This document shows, one piece after another, positions 38,888 through 49,419 of a DNA stretch of 64,000 nucleotides; the stretch's first letter is position 1, and the number at the start of each line of letters is the position of its first letter. This DNA comes from Sedimentisphaerales bacterium (lineage in GTDB: Bacteria > Planctomycetota > Phycisphaerae > Sedimentisphaerales > Anaerobacaceae). The position numbers were made by a program, and so were the translations under genes. The notes below the pieces were generated by a model. That model was not told the DNA's origin. It did no database searches and saw only the letters and a program-made list of their open reading frames with translations. The stretch spans positions 64,001 to 128,000 of the forward strand of contig JAXGYC010000007.1 in assembly GCA_040772485.1 (NCBI GenBank), given 5' to 3'.

Positions 38888-39652
38888 TCAGTAGCCCACC
38901 GCGTACCAGAGCATGCCTATCCATTCGTGAATGGCTGCTGTCGATTCGGCCAGGGATTCGACGGACGGCCGCAGGCCTTTGATGTGCCAGGGATCGGGAT
39001 CGTAATGATGATGGACGGGGACAGGCACGATCGTATCGGCCGGAAACTGCCTTCGAAACGTCCTCGCCGACCGTAGCATATGCGTTGCCGAGGTGACCAC
39101 ACCGATATGCCTGCCGGACCCTTGCGGCAGGACTTCGGCCAGCCCCATTGCGTTCTGCATGGTGTTGCAGGACCGCGTGTCCGTCAAGATTTTGTCCTGC
39201 GGCACACCCATTTGTACCGCCATGGCCTTCATGACTGCGGCCTCTGACTCCTTGCCCTCGCGAAGCTCGCCCCCGCAGAAGGCCAGGAACCGGGCGTGGC
39301 CTTGTTGGAAGATCTGTACGCCATGGCACAGACGCGGATACGAGCGTTCCGCCAGCTCGGCCTGCCTGCGGAAACCGCCGGATGGATACCCGCCGCCTCC
39401 CAGCACGACGATGACATCCAGCGTCGAAAGCTCGGCCTCCGTGGCAATCGGAACCTGTGACTCCAGAGAATAAGTCAGCACGTTGGCGAAAGGCGGGAAG
39501 CTGAAGACCAACAGGATCAGCGTCCCGAGGAGCGTCACGTACCAGCCAACCTTCGCCGCTTTCCCACGTGAGAACCTGACCAACACCAACCCCAAGACCA
39601 GGAGCAATAAGACCCATACCAATGGCATAGCCAGCGACTTTATGAGAAACAT
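38888..39652 (-). CDS. YdcF/ElyC (DUF218) family membrane protein
   Basis: N-terminal TMs, IVVLGGG, SEAAVM, SCNTMQNA, VTSATHMLRS, HEWIG. Confidence 0.92.
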   Translation of the reverse strand: MFLIKSLAMPLVWVLLLLVLGLVLVRFSRGKAAKVGWYVTLLGTLILLVFSFPPFANVLTYSLESQVPIATEAELSTLDVIVVLGGGGYPSGGFRRQAELAERSYPRLCHGVQIFQQGHARFLAFCGGELREGKESEAAVMKAMAVQMGVPQDKILTDTRSCNTMQNAMGLAEVLPQGSGRHIGVVTSATHMLRSARTFRRQFPADTIVPVPVHHHYDPDPWHIKGLRPSVESLAESTAAIHEWIGMLWYAVGY

Positions 39653-39938
39653 ACTGCGGACTCCTTCCCCGGGTCCAAAGCGGACTCGGCGTAGCGATCA
39701 ACAACACTGGCCTCGCGACGTCGGCATCGTGCGTCTGCGTTGTCATTTCTGATATCCCAGTACAACAATAGTGTATCCAGGAAAGCCAAGGCAGTGCAAG
39801 GCCACAAAGGACACAGACGGCGTGGTGTCTGGCACAGCACAGCAGCGGAAAACGCGAATATTTCTTCCAGATACTGTCAGTTTGTGACCGTTTGTGGTAA
39901 ACTCCCCTGCAAAGCATGCCGAGGAGTAGCATATAACC

Positions 39939-39967
39939 CAGATACTGTCATATCTCGACAATATCTG
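39939..39967. promoter_or_regulatory. Inverted repeat upstream of abiE (candidate AbiEi operator)
   Basis: cagatactgtc-N7-gacaatatctg; extra half-site ccagatactgtca at 39867-39879. Confidence 0.6.
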
Positions 39968-39986
39968 CAAGGCGTGAGGTAAACGC

Positions 39987-40625
39987 ATGAACAAGCTATC
40001 TGAACGAGTGTTCGAATCACTGCCCTGGTCCCATTTCAGCACCCAGGATCTGGCGGCCTTGTTTCCAGAGAGCGAGGATCGCCGATATGGCCTTGTCAAG
40101 CGCGCTCTTGCCAGCGGCGAGATCATGCATATCCGCCGCGGATTGTACTGTCTTGCCCCCAAGTACCAGAAGAAACGTGTGAACCTCTATGCGCTGGCAC
40201 AGCACATCTACGGTCCTTCCTATGTCAGTTTGGAATCGGCCCTGAGTTGGCATGGGTGGATTCCGGAGGCCGTTCATGCCATCACCAGTGCATCCTTCAA
40301 GAAGTCAAAGCAGTTCGCGACGGCCCTGGGCCCCTTCAGCTACGATCGTATCCCCCAGCAGGCGTTCTACACCGAAGTCGAGCGTCTTACCGATGCATCG
40401 GGCAGTGCGTTCCTGATGGCCACGCCTTTGAAGGCCTTGACGGACTATGTCTACATTCGAAAAAAGGACTGGATCGGGATCGAGCCGGTGGTCAGCAGCC
40501 TGCGTATCGAGCCCGAGGACATCGAGAAGGTTCCCCCTGGTGCCATCGAAGCGCTGACGGCTAACTACTTCAGCTCGCGTGTGAGGAGGTTTCTGGAAGG
40601 ACTCAGGAAGGATCTGAAACGATGA
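39987..40625 (+). CDS. abiEi: Type IV TA antitoxin, AbiEi family
   Basis: IRRGLY, PSYVSLESALSWHGWIPE, ATPLKALTDY. Confidence 0.88.
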   Translation: MNKLSERVFESLPWSHFSTQDLAALFPESEDRRYGLVKRALASGEIMHIRRGLYCLAPKYQKKRVNLYALAQHIYGPSYVSLESALSWHGWIPEAVHAITSASFKKSKQFATALGPFSYDRIPQQAFYTEVERLTDASGSAFLMATPLKALTDYVYIRKKDWIGIEPVVSSLRIEPEDIEKVPPGAIEALTANYFSSRVRRFLEGLRKDLKR

Positions 40626-41473
40626 GCGTCAAGTTGATTCAGGACAGGCTGGATTCATACGACTGCAAGTCGAACGTCGAGGAGGAACATGCGATCCGAG
40701 AGATCACGCAGGAGGTGGTCCTGGCAGCGCTCGGCAGGACGGAGTTCTTCAAGCACGCCCTGTTCCAGGGCGGCACATGTCTGCGTATCTTCTATGGGCT
40801 GAATCGATTCTCGGAGGATATGGATTTCATCCTCAAGCAGACGAACACGGACTTTCCGTTGCAGCCGCACCTCCAGGCGGTTTGTGACGAACTCGAGGCG
40901 TATGGCTATGATGTCGAAATCGTCGATCGCTCCAAGGCAGGGGTTGCCGTGAGAAAAGCTTTTTTGAAAGATGACTCTCTGGGAAAGGTTCTCCAACTGA
41001 AGTATGGGGACCGGTCAGGCCCTGCCCGGAAGATCCGAGTCAAGCTTGAGGTGGACACCAATCCTCCATCGGGCAGCGGGATGGAAATCAGGTATGTGGA
41101 CTTCCCGTTTGTCTCTTCGGTCACCGTGCAGGACAGGCCCAGCCTGTTCGCGGGAAAGCTCCACGCACTGCTGTGCAGGGAGTACGTCAAAGGCAGAGAC
41201 TGGTATGATTTCCTGTGGTACACGAGCCGGAATGTCGGAGTAAATTATGCGTTTCTCTCATCGGCCTTGACCCAACAAGGGCCGTGGTGTCAGAAGAGTA
41301 TCCAGGTTGATTGGCACTGGTGTCTTACGCATCTTGAGGACAAGATCAACTCGGTTGACTGGCCGCAAGCCCGGGAAGACGTTCGAAGATTCGTCAAGGC
41401 AAGCGAATATCCATCGTTGGACCTGTGGAGCAGAGAGCTTTTCCTGTCTCAACTGCACAAGATCCAGGAGTGA
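40622..41473 (+). CDS. abiEii: Type IV TA toxin, AbiEii nucleotidyltransferase
   Basis: FQGGTCLRIFYGLNRFSEDMDF, KLHAL, KGRDWYD; ATGA overlap with the antitoxin. Confidence 0.92.
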   Translation: MSVKLIQDRLDSYDCKSNVEEEHAIREITQEVVLAALGRTEFFKHALFQGGTCLRIFYGLNRFSEDMDFILKQTNTDFPLQPHLQAVCDELEAYGYDVEIVDRSKAGVAVRKAFLKDDSLGKVLQLKYGDRSGPARKIRVKLEVDTNPPSGSGMEIRYVDFPFVSSVTVQDRPSLFAGKLHALLCREYVKGRDWYDFLWYTSRNVGVNYAFLSSALTQQGPWCQKSIQVDWHWCLTHLEDKINSVDWPQAREDVRRFVKASEYPSLDLWSRELFLSQLHKIQE

Positions 41474-41589
41474 TCACCCAGTTCCTCCGGTCCGGAAACT
41501 GGAGGTGGACGCACGGGTAGTGCGCTGCCCAGCGGAGATTCCAGTCCCGGCAGGCTGACGGAGCATCAGTTGGGTGCCATTCTTGCGGA

Positions 41590-44500
41590 CTACTTGCCGC
41601 TTTGCTGCAGAAGTTGTTCGATCTCGGTTCGCTCCTCGGGCGTGAACGCGGGGTTCGCCCGGTCGATCTCCAACGCATCCTGCAGGTGCTTCTTCGCCGA
41701 ATCGACGTCGCCGAGTTTCGCGCAGGTCCGGCCCAGTTGCAGCAGTGCCTTGGCCCGCGGCGCGGTGCCGGGCTCCGTCAGCTTCAGCAGTTCCTCAAAA
41801 TCGGTCTTCGCATCGGACAGGCGGTCGACCTTCGAGAGGATCGTGCCCCTGGTGTCGAGCAGATGCCGGCGGTCTGTGTCGCTGCCTCCCAGACGGAGTC
41901 CGTTGTCGGCCAGCTTCAGGGCCGCCTCGTAGTCGCCGTCCTGCTCCTGGATGATCCACGCCAGGTCGTTAAGGACTTGCGTGTTGTTCGGATAGGCATC
42001 GAGCAGTTCCTGGTACGTCTGTTTGGCCTTCTCGACGCCTGCCGTTCGATAGAGCGCCGAGGCCAGCCCCAGACGGGCGTCGGCCAACGTCGGCCAGGTA
42101 TTCACGGCGTGTTCGAAGAGCTTGACGCCCTCGCTTCGCAGGGCCGGCGTGTCCAGGGACGCCAGCACCCCCGCCGCCCGGGTCACAATCGCCGGGTCCT
42201 GGTTTTCGCAGGCGATGTACGCCGCACTGATGCCGGCCAGGTCGTCCCAGCGCGACTGCGCCGCCAGGCACAGGAATCGGGCGTGCACCACCGTCTGGCT
42301 CTTCGGCGCGACCTGCGCGGCTCGATCGAGCCACGCATAGGCCGGCTCGAAATCGTGTGCAAGACGATGCAGATCCACGAGCATCACGATCGCGTCCAGG
42401 TCCTTCGCGCCCGCGTCGCTCTGACAATAGGCGGTCAGTTCAGCGATGCCTTTCTCCGGCGTCCCCAAACCCACCAGGATATTCGCGTGGGCCATCAACA
42501 GGTTCACATCGGACGGAGCCTGGGCCAATTCGGATTCGATCCATTCCTGCGCCCCCGCCAGGAGCGTGGGATTCCGGCGATCCGCCGCCTTGGCGCTGAC
42601 GATGCGCATGGCCTCGACTCGGTTGGGATCGTCCCGGCCGATCGCACGAGCCGATCGAATCGCCTCTTGCAGGAGGCTGTCCTGTTCCGTCATCAGGCCG
42701 ACGTCCAACAGCACGTCCAGGGCCGGTGCGTAGTTCGGGTCCTCGGCCAGCGCCAGGCGCGCCATCTCCGTAGCCGGCTGTGCATTGCCCAGGACGATCT
42801 CGATGCGACCTCGCGCCGAAAGCAGCGACGGAGCCTTGGGATTGGCCCCCACCGCTCGAATCGAGTAGGTGCGCGCCGCCTCGATCTTACCGGATTGCAT
42901 CGCGGCGTTGATCAACATCAGGTGGGCGCCGACATCCGTGGGTGTCTGCGCCACAACCTTCTCCAGCAGGGAAGTGCCTTGGGGATCTTCCTGCCGCAGC
43001 AGCTCCACGGCGCGGGTTCTCATCAAGTCGGGGTCCTGCGGCAGCGCCTCTTCGAGCGCCCCGAGCATCGCCAGGGCCCTTTCGCGGTCCTGCCCCTGTC
43101 CTCGCTGGAGCAGCCGCTTCATCAGCGCCCGCTGCAACGCCAGGTCCTTCGGGTGCGCGCCCAGCCCCTCTTCCAGCGCGCCGATGGCATCGTCCAGGCG
43201 GCCCCGGCGGACGTAGAAGTTGCTCAGCAGCCCGTAGCCGCCCACCTGCTGGTCCTTCTCCTCGAACGTGGTCAGCTTTCTGTAGTCTGCCTCCGCCTGC
43301 GACCACTGTTCCTGACCGGCGTGGTAGTTCGCGCGCATCAGGTACGCGACGAAATCCTCCTTGCCGGCCACGTATCGATCGACGACCTGCTGCGCCTGAT
43401 CGGTGCGTCCCTGGGCCTTGAGGATGGCCGCACGCACCATGACCGTCGTGGACGACGGGGACGCAATCGCCTCCGCTTCGTCCAGCAGCTTCAGAGCCTG
43501 GTCGGCGTCGTTCATCTTCTCGTGCAGCAGCCGGGCCAGGACGATACGCGACTGGACGTCGCGCGGGTCGTTCGCGATTCGCAGCCGCAACTCGTCGACG
43601 GCGTCCGAGATGTCTCCGGCGCGTATCGCGGCGTTGACGTTCCACGCGCTGACGACGCGAGGATCGGCATCCACCTGCTGACGGACCGCCTCCGCCTCCA
43701 TCGCACGGCCCTGCGCCTCCAGCAGCGTCACCAGCTTGTCGGCAAGGACAACCGCCGAGGGGTTCCGCGCCAGGGTCTGGCGGCAGACCTCTTCCACCTT
43801 CCCAAGGTCCCCGGCCTTCTCGTACAACTGCGTCAACAACAGCGGCGGCGCCGTCCACTCCGGATCGGCATCGCGGCAGTACTGGAGCAGATCGGCGATC
43901 CCCTGCTGCTTCGTTCGCCAATCGTCTCGCGATAGCCACGTTGCGGCCCGATACAGACGCCACAGCAGGCCGCTTTCGCCCTCGGCCTTCTCCAGTTGCG
44001 CAACCAGCTCATCCGCTCGCGCCGGGTCGCCCTGGACCTCGCGGAGATCCAGGAGCATGGCGCGGACCTGAATGTCGCGCGGGTTGCGCGCCGCCAGGTC
44101 GCTGAGCAGGGCGATGCCGCCGGCGCGGTTGCCGCGCATCAGTTCCAGCGACGCGCGCCGGATGGCGATGGACCGCTTTGCCGACTCGCCGGCCACACTT
44201 TGCGCCGCCTCTTCCAGACAACGGATGGCGGAATTGGGGTCGCCGGCCGCCACGTGCAGCCCCGCCAGGGCCAGCCACGGTTCGGCCAGCTCCGCGTGCC
44301 GGGTGCATGCCGCGCGGCCTTCCTGGAGCGCCTTGTCCATCTGCTTCTGCTGGAAGTACAGCCGGACGAGCTGCATCGCCGCCGGCAGAGGCCTGTCGCA
44401 TTCCTCCATCGCCAGGCGCAACTGCCGCTCGACCTCCGCCAGCTTCTGCTTCTTGAGCGTCGCATCCGTTTCGCTCTGGGCAAAGTAATTCCCGATCACC

Positions 44501-46149
44501 GCCTGGAGCACTCGAATATCGACCCGCCGGGCGTTCTTCTCGTCCTTGCGCAGGCCGGCCAGCTCCGCCTCAAGCTCCCGCAGCCTGGCCACATCCGGCG
44601 CACCTTGCTGTCCAGCGGCAAGATGCAGGCCCGCCTCGATTCGCAGCACGTTCAGATCGACGTCGCCGGGATAGAAACGGCAACCCTCTTGAGCCGTCTC
44701 GAAGGCCCGCGTCCAGTCCTGCAACCCCAGGTAGTCTTTCGTCAACTGCAGCACGATCGCCAGATCACGCGGCCGATCCGCGAGGTAGCGGCGCATCGCG
44801 TCGACGGCACGTCGGGTCTGGCCGGTTCGCGTGAACGCCTCCGCCAGCAGTCGCAGGAATTCCGGCGCCGTGGTCCCCGTGGCCACCAGCGGCTGGAGCG
44901 ACTCGATCACCGCGTAGGAGTCGCCCTTGGCCCGGGCGACCAGGGCCTTGAGGAACGCCAGCTCGGCCTTCGCCTCGCCCGCCCTCTGGCGGGCATACAA
45001 TGCGTCCTCGTACTCTTTCAGATACGCCCCGGCCTTGGCGATGTTGTCCTCGCCGCCGGCGCCCACGTACAGCCGTATGGCGTTGGAATACATGGCGAGC
45101 CGGTGCCCCTTGGATTCCAGCTTCTCGAAGACCGACTCGGTCATCGCCGCGCCTTCGACGAAAGCCCCCTTCCGCATCGCCAGCTCGGCGGCCACGTCGT
45201 AGCGGTCGACCACCCACGTGTCGGGATCGAAGTAGCGTTCCGCAATGGCCGCCTCGGGCAGGCGGTCGGCCGCCTCCAGCTCGGCCGCGACCTTGTCATA
45301 CTCGCCGTGAGCCATCCACTCGCGGGCCAGAAACAGGCGGACCCTCGCATCGTCCGTGCCGTGCTCATCGGCGGCGAGCAGGTCCTTTCGGGCCAGGTCC
45401 CGTCTCTCGGCGCCGCTGACGCCGGGGACGTTCGCAAGGCGATAGAAGCGCGCGCGGGATGCCAGGGCCTCGGCCGATTGCGGGAAACGATCCACCGCCT
45501 TGCTCAGCCAGCCCAGCGCGCCGGTCATGGCCTCCGGCGTTCCGCCGGCGATCTCCAGGCTGCTCATGTGCGCGCAGGCCCGGATGTACTCGATGTGCTC
45601 CTGCGGGTCGGATTCGAGTCGCTCGATCAGCTTCGTCAGCGTCGCACGCGCCTCCGGCAGCCGGTTCAAACGCACCAGCGCCTCACTCTGCCACAGCGAC
45701 GCCTTGACGTCGTTCGGCTCGTGCTCCAGCCGCTTGCCGGCGATGTAGACCAACTCCTCGGAAGCGCCCCTGGCGGCATAGATCGTCGCCAGCTTCTCAT
45801 AGGCGACCTCGTCGAGCGGGTCGAGCTGGATCACGCGGCGGTACGCGCCGACGGCGGCCCCGAGATGGGCCGGCTCCAGCGGGCGGACCGACAGCCGCGC
45901 CTGGGCGTACTTCTTGAGGATCTCGATGTCATCGGGATTGCGGCCGAGGTACTCCTGAAGGTGCTTGTAGGCGTTGACCCAGTCGCCCTTCTCGAAGGCG
46001 GCGGTCCCGGCCTCGAAGTCCATCTTCGACAGGATATTGCGGCGTACCTGACGGGCCACTACCAGCGAGACCCCCAAGGCCACAATGACCACGATCACGA
46101 TGACCAGCACCTTGACGTTGACCTTCGCACTGCGGTTCGCATGACGCAT
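41590..46149 (-). CDS. Membrane-anchored long TPR protein (PrsT-like, exosortase/EPS associated)
   Basis: N-terminal TM; continuous TPRs; C-terminal VLNDLAW...LLDTRG motif typical of PEP-CTERM-system TPR proteins. Confidence 0.85.
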   Translation of the reverse strand: MRHANRSAKVNVKVLVIVIVVIVALGVSLVVARQVRRNILSKMDFEAGTAAFEKGDWVNAYKHLQEYLGRNPDDIEILKKYAQARLSVRPLEPAHLGAAVGAYRRVIQLDPLDEVAYEKLATIYAARGASEELVYIAGKRLEHEPNDVKASLWQSEALVRLNRLPEARATLTKLIERLESDPQEHIEYIRACAHMSSLEIAGGTPEAMTGALGWLSKAVDRFPQSAEALASRARFYRLANVPGVSGAERRDLARKDLLAADEHGTDDARVRLFLAREWMAHGEYDKVAAELEAADRLPEAAIAERYFDPDTWVVDRYDVAAELAMRKGAFVEGAAMTESVFEKLESKGHRLAMYSNAIRLYVGAGGEDNIAKAGAYLKEYEDALYARQRAGEAKAELAFLKALVARAKGDSYAVIESLQPLVATGTTAPEFLRLLAEAFTRTGQTRRAVDAMRRYLADRPRDLAIVLQLTKDYLGLQDWTRAFETAQEGCRFYPGDVDLNVLRIEAGLHLAAGQQGAPDVARLRELEAELAGLRKDEKNARRVDIRVLQAVIGNYFAQSETDATLKKQKLAEVERQLRLAMEECDRPLPAAMQLVRLYFQQKQMDKALQEGRAACTRHAELAEPWLALAGLHVAAGDPNSAIRCLEEAAQSVAGESAKRSIAIRRASLELMRGNRAGGIALLSDLAARNPRDIQVRAMLLDLREVQGDPARADELVAQLEKAEGESGLLWRLYRAATWLSRDDWRTKQQGIADLLQYCRDADPEWTAPPLLLTQLYEKAGDLGKVEEVCRQTLARNPSAVVLADKLVTLLEAQGRAMEAEAVRQQVDADPRVVSAWNVNAAIRAGDISDAVDELRLRIANDPRDVQSRIVLARLLHEKMNDADQALKLLDEAEAIASPSSTTVMVRAAILKAQGRTDQAQQVVDRYVAGKEDFVAYLMRANYHAGQEQWSQAEADYRKLTTFEEKDQQVGGYGLLSNFYVRRGRLDDAIGALEEGLGAHPKDLALQRALMKRLLQRGQGQDRERALAMLGALEEALPQDPDLMRTRAVELLRQEDPQGTSLLEKVVAQTPTDVGAHLMLINAAMQSGKIEAARTYSIRAVGANPKAPSLLSARGRIEIVLGNAQPATEMARLALAEDPNYAPALDVLLDVGLMTEQDSLLQEAIRSARAIGRDDPNRVEAMRIVSAKAADRRNPTLLAGAQEWIESELAQAPSDVNLLMAHANILVGLGTPEKGIAELTAYCQSDAGAKDLDAIVMLVDLHRLAHDFEPAYAWLDRAAQVAPKSQTVVHARFLCLAAQSRWDDLAGISAAYIACENQDPAIVTRAAGVLASLDTPALRSEGVKLFEHAVNTWPTLADARLGLASALYRTAGVEKAKQTYQELLDAYPNNTQVLNDLAWIIQEQDGDYEAALKLADNGLRLGGSDTDRRHLLDTRGTILSKVDRLSDAKTDFEELLKLTEPGTAPRAKALLQLGRTCAKLGDVDSAKKHLQDALEIDRANPAFTPEERTEIEQLLQQSGK

Positions 46150-46397
46150 GATAGGCTCTCTCAATCAACACAGGATTGCGGACTTATCGCCGTTTTGCAC
46201 CTACGCTGTAGTTATCGACTGCGGGCATGGCAGCCGTTAGCGTCGCGGAGGTTTTTGTCACGGGGACGTGCGGCCGAAGGCTCGCTCCGGCGGCGGCGTC
46301 CGCCGGACGAGGCCAAGAACCGCTCCACCGAGGCTGGAGCGGGCCTGATTATCGGAGTGCGACCGCCGCGCCCGCCGGCGCGGCACCCCACCGGCGC

Positions 46398-46441
46398 AAA
46401 GAAAACGGCCGGCAAGACCCGATAAAGGGCCTTGCCGGCCG
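46398..46441 (-). terminator. Rho-independent terminator after the PEP-CTERM gene array
   Basis: cggccggcaag stem / cttgccggccg followed by TTTTCTTT on the minus strand. Confidence 0.8.
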
Positions 46442-46489
46442 CCAAGAGACTACTTCACTGCAAAACTGCGCCTGTTCTCAGGCTCGTTG

Positions 46490-47209
46490 CTACGACCGCC
46501 TCCGCAGCCGCGCGCCGGCAACGCTCAACCCGAGCACACCCAGCAGCACTGCGCCGGGCAGGGGAACTACGTTCTCTATGCCACCGATCGTCATGTCATC
46601 AAAGCCAAAATAATCGGTGCCAGACGCTGAGTTGCTGATGGAGACGCTCGTGAAGGGGTTGGTGGTGTCAATGATACCCCAGAAGAGAGCCGAACCATCT
46701 CCCGGATCGCTATTGCTTCCATTCCCGATGTGATGCGGGATAGTGTAGATATGGGACACACCGTTGGCGGTCGTTACAGTGACTTGGCCGGTAAAATCTC
46801 CGATGTCGGTGCCGTAGAAGCCAAACGCCGCAATTTCTTCACTGAACGTAATTCCAAAGCTGCCAGTTGAACCTTCGACGTACTTGGAGCCGGAGATCGC
46901 GAAGCGACCGGTACTATAGCCACTCTGTATGGCCATGGATCCGGAAAACGTAGCAGTCCCTGCAGCCCCAAAATTGAGCGTTTGTCCATTCATGGCCGTT
47001 CCATCAGCGAAACCTTCGAAGGTTTCGGTGCCGACACCCACCAGCATGGATTGAAAGCTATTCGACGCGGTAAGTGCATTCGGCCAAGACGACACGGGGT
47101 CAGTAGTACCAGATCCGACGAGGTCCTGCCCAAAGTACGTCGTGACCTCAGCACTGGCGCTGCCGAGAACCACCAGAGCGATGATCGAAACTGCCATCAG
47201 CCTGTTCAT
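46490..47209 (-). CDS. PEP-CTERM-like sorted surface protein
   Basis: Signal peptide; tail VPLPGAVLLGVLGLSVAGARLRRRS. Confidence 0.92.
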   Translation of the reverse strand: MNRLMAVSIIALVVLGSASAEVTTYFGQDLVGSGTTDPVSSWPNALTASNSFQSMLVGVGTETFEGFADGTAMNGQTLNFGAAGTATFSGSMAIQSGYSTGRFAISGSKYVEGSTGSFGITFSEEIAAFGFYGTDIGDFTGQVTVTTANGVSHIYTIPHHIGNGSNSDPGDGSALFWGIIDTTNPFTSVSISNSASGTDYFGFDDMTIGGIENVVPLPGAVLLGVLGLSVAGARLRRRS

Positions 47210-47249
47210 CGTTACTTCTCCTCACTCCCTCAACTTGCCTTCAGAATGC

Positions 47250-47292
47250 CTTGGCCGGCGAAGCCTCGTTTTCGCGGCTTCGCCGCGCCAAG
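47250..47292. other. Intergenic hairpin within the PEP-CTERM array
   Basis: cttgg.cggcgaagcc-N10-ggcttcgccg..ccaag. Confidence 0.6.
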
Positions 47293-47332
47293 ACCGTTCA
47301 ATTCATCACACCATTCCGCGTGCCAAACGCCC

Positions 47333-48100
47333 TTAGCTGCGCTTGCGCAGCCGCGCGCCCGCGACGCTCAACCCGAGCACACCCAGCAGCACCGCTCCCG
47401 GAACCGGAACCTGGACCGACTCGACCATCACGACCATATCTGTGAAATCCCGGTCGCTGTAGCCAGCACCCTGGCCGTAGGGACCCGCGAGGTCCTCCCA
47501 AGCCAGAATGAACTCGCTATCGGTCCAAAGCCCGGAACCCCAAGGCGCTATCTGCACAGTGTCCGTGTTTGTTCCCTGATAGGCATACATGTGGTCCAAA
47601 CCGTCGGCAACATTCAGACTGGTGTCGCTATACCACAGACCGCCGCCGGTGTTTGCCGACGAGTCCAGGAAGTAGCCGAACCAGGTGGAACCGAAGTCAC
47701 CCTGCTTCACATGGTTGATATAGATTCCGCCAAGCGCGTCGACTGAAAGTGTCGTCTGCGCCCCCGCAGAAGCAGACCCGGCAAAGATGGTGACTTTGTT
47801 GGTCGGATTGGCTATGTCGTACACGCCAAAGATGTTATTGTCTTTGAAATCAGCAACTTCAATGATCATGGTGCTGATCGATCCACCGGTTGCCGTGATG
47901 TGCCACTGCTTGTCCTGTCCATCCACGATTTCATCGGTCAACACGTTTACGCTTGTCTGGCCGGCATTAGGCGCAACAGTGATATCGTCGAGGACTTTGT
48001 CGAGAGCTGTGCCACCATCGCCAAATACTGCCGCCATTGCCGGGGCGGCGTTGAGGGCCAGGACGGCGCTCAGAGCTACAAGTATCATCGTTCTTTTCAT
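47333..48100 (-). CDS. PEP-CTERM-like sorted surface protein with a DUF4114-like domain
   Basis: Signal peptide; LAWEDL...DRDFTDMVV; tail VPVPGAVLLGVLGLSVAGARLRKRS. Confidence 0.92.
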   Translation of the reverse strand: MKRTMILVALSAVLALNAAPAMAAVFGDGGTALDKVLDDITVAPNAGQTSVNVLTDEIVDGQDKQWHITATGGSISTMIIEVADFKDNNIFGVYDIANPTNKVTIFAGSASAGAQTTLSVDALGGIYINHVKQGDFGSTWFGYFLDSSANTGGGLWYSDTSLNVADGLDHMYAYQGTNTDTVQIAPWGSGLWTDSEFILAWEDLAGPYGQGAGYSDRDFTDMVVMVESVQVPVPGAVLLGVLGLSVAGARLRKRS

Positions 48101-48133
48101 CAGTGTATCCTCCACCCACAAAGGGGGTTGCCG

Positions 48134-48697
48134 TCAGGCAACTCTGTTCTTGCGAAGTCTGGCGCCGGCAACGCTCAACCCGAGCATGCCCAGCAGCACC
48201 GCACCCGGAACCGGAACGGGGCTGCCGACCACGGTAAGCGTCGACGAACAGATCGTGGCGTCATCCGTCCAGTCAGGATTCCACATACTGCCGTTGTTCG
48301 TGTAGGTAAGCGTACCGGTGACCTCAACTCCATCCAGCCATCCCGCCTGCAAATTGAAAACTGTGTTTCCGCTTGCCAGCAGACCAAGGTAGTGGTCACC
48401 ACCATCCTTGTCGTAGAAGGTAACCCCGACAGACTCATCGCCCGAGTTGATCCCGCTGGCGTTGATTGTCAGAGTCACGCTGTCAATCAGGCCAAGAGTC
48501 ACCGCAGCCTCATAGTCACCACCAGCATAGGGATTGTTGTGAGGCCACGTGATGGAGTCCTCCGGCTTGAAACCATACCAACCCGCCCAAAGGTCCGCGT
48601 TTACTGTCACCGTCTCGGAGTATGTATCGGCGACGGCGGAGCCGGCGGTCAGGGCGATCAGCGCGGCGACGAGAATTGCAATACTGTACTTCTTCAT
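48134..48697 (-). CDS. PEP-CTERM-like sorted surface protein
   Basis: Signal peptide; tail VPVPGAVLLGMLGLSVAGARLRKNRVA; AAGGAG RBS. Confidence 0.92.
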   Translation of the reverse strand: MKKYSIAILVAALIALTAGSAVADTYSETVTVNADLWAGWYGFKPEDSITWPHNNPYAGGDYEAAVTLGLIDSVTLTINASGINSGDESVGVTFYDKDGGDHYLGLLASGNTVFNLQAGWLDGVEVTGTLTYTNNGSMWNPDWTDDATICSSTLTVVGSPVPVPGAVLLGMLGLSVAGARLRKNRVA

Positions 48698-48815
48698 TGT
48701 ACTTGCTCCTTTTCCTGTGAAAGCTTGTCAAAGTCCATTTCCCCTCCGTCCGCACGGTCGGAAGGGCGAAATCTGCGACGGCTCTGCCCGGCAGAGCGGG
48801 CGAGGCCATCAAGGC

Positions 48816-49376
48816 TCATGACAAGCTCGGAGGGGCCCGGGAGGCAAGTACATCAGAGATGCATTGCGAGGTGCGCACCAGGATCGGGATGGTCCCGGCG
48901 CGATAGAGGGGCATGAGGCAGTCGGGCACATCGTCCGGCTGGACGAAGCAGACCGCCGCATGACAAAACGCATCGGGCCCCACAGCATGGCTGTGGCCAA
49001 TCTGCTGCGGAGCACCGCTGTGGTACCATTCAGGGATGAAGCCGAGGGAGCAACGCCGGACCCAGTGGCCCGAGCGGCACATGCCCAAACCGATCAGGGC
49101 GTACAGACAGAAATCGAGGCTGCTGCGGCCGTCCTTCAGGGCGATGGCCTGCGGCGCCTCGGTGCTCTCTTCGTCCGCGACGTGCACCGTCGCAGAGGCC
49201 GCGTTGCCCACGAGGTCCGCCCGGTCGGCGAAGCCGAACAGCAGGACCTCCCGGCAGCCCGCCTGGTCGAGACTGTGCGCTGCATCAGCCGAAGCCGGCG
49301 TGACGTCGGCGCGCACAGCAGCGGCCACGACGAGGACCGCCGCAACCGCAAGGATTGTCCTTTTCACCTCGACCAT
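48816..49376 (-). CDS. Exported/TM protein ending in RAPP (candidate translation-arrest leader)
   Basis: Signal peptide, internal hydrophobic segment followed by Arg residues, C-terminus LASRAPPSLS. Confidence 0.7.
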   Translation of the reverse strand: MVEVKRTILAVAAVLVVAAAVRADVTPASADAAHSLDQAGCREVLLFGFADRADLVGNAASATVHVADEESTEAPQAIALKDGRSSLDFCLYALIGLGMCRSGHWVRRCSLGFIPEWYHSGAPQQIGHSHAVGPDAFCHAAVCFVQPDDVPDCLMPLYRAGTIPILVRTSQCISDVLASRAPPSLS

Positions 49377-49419
49377 GAGATCATCAACCCTTCACTCCGT
49401 GAACTATATAACCAGCGAT

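Noticed and set aside
38784..39932. 382-aa minus-strand ORF overlapping ydcF
   Set aside because: Alternative frame; only the last ~30 aa (Fis HTH remnant) look protein-like
47310..47326. Possible sigma54 promoter TGGCACGCGGAATGGT on the minus strand
   Set aside because: -24 box is good but -12 reads ATGG rather than TTGC; a similar site near 50185-50202 has the wrong spacing
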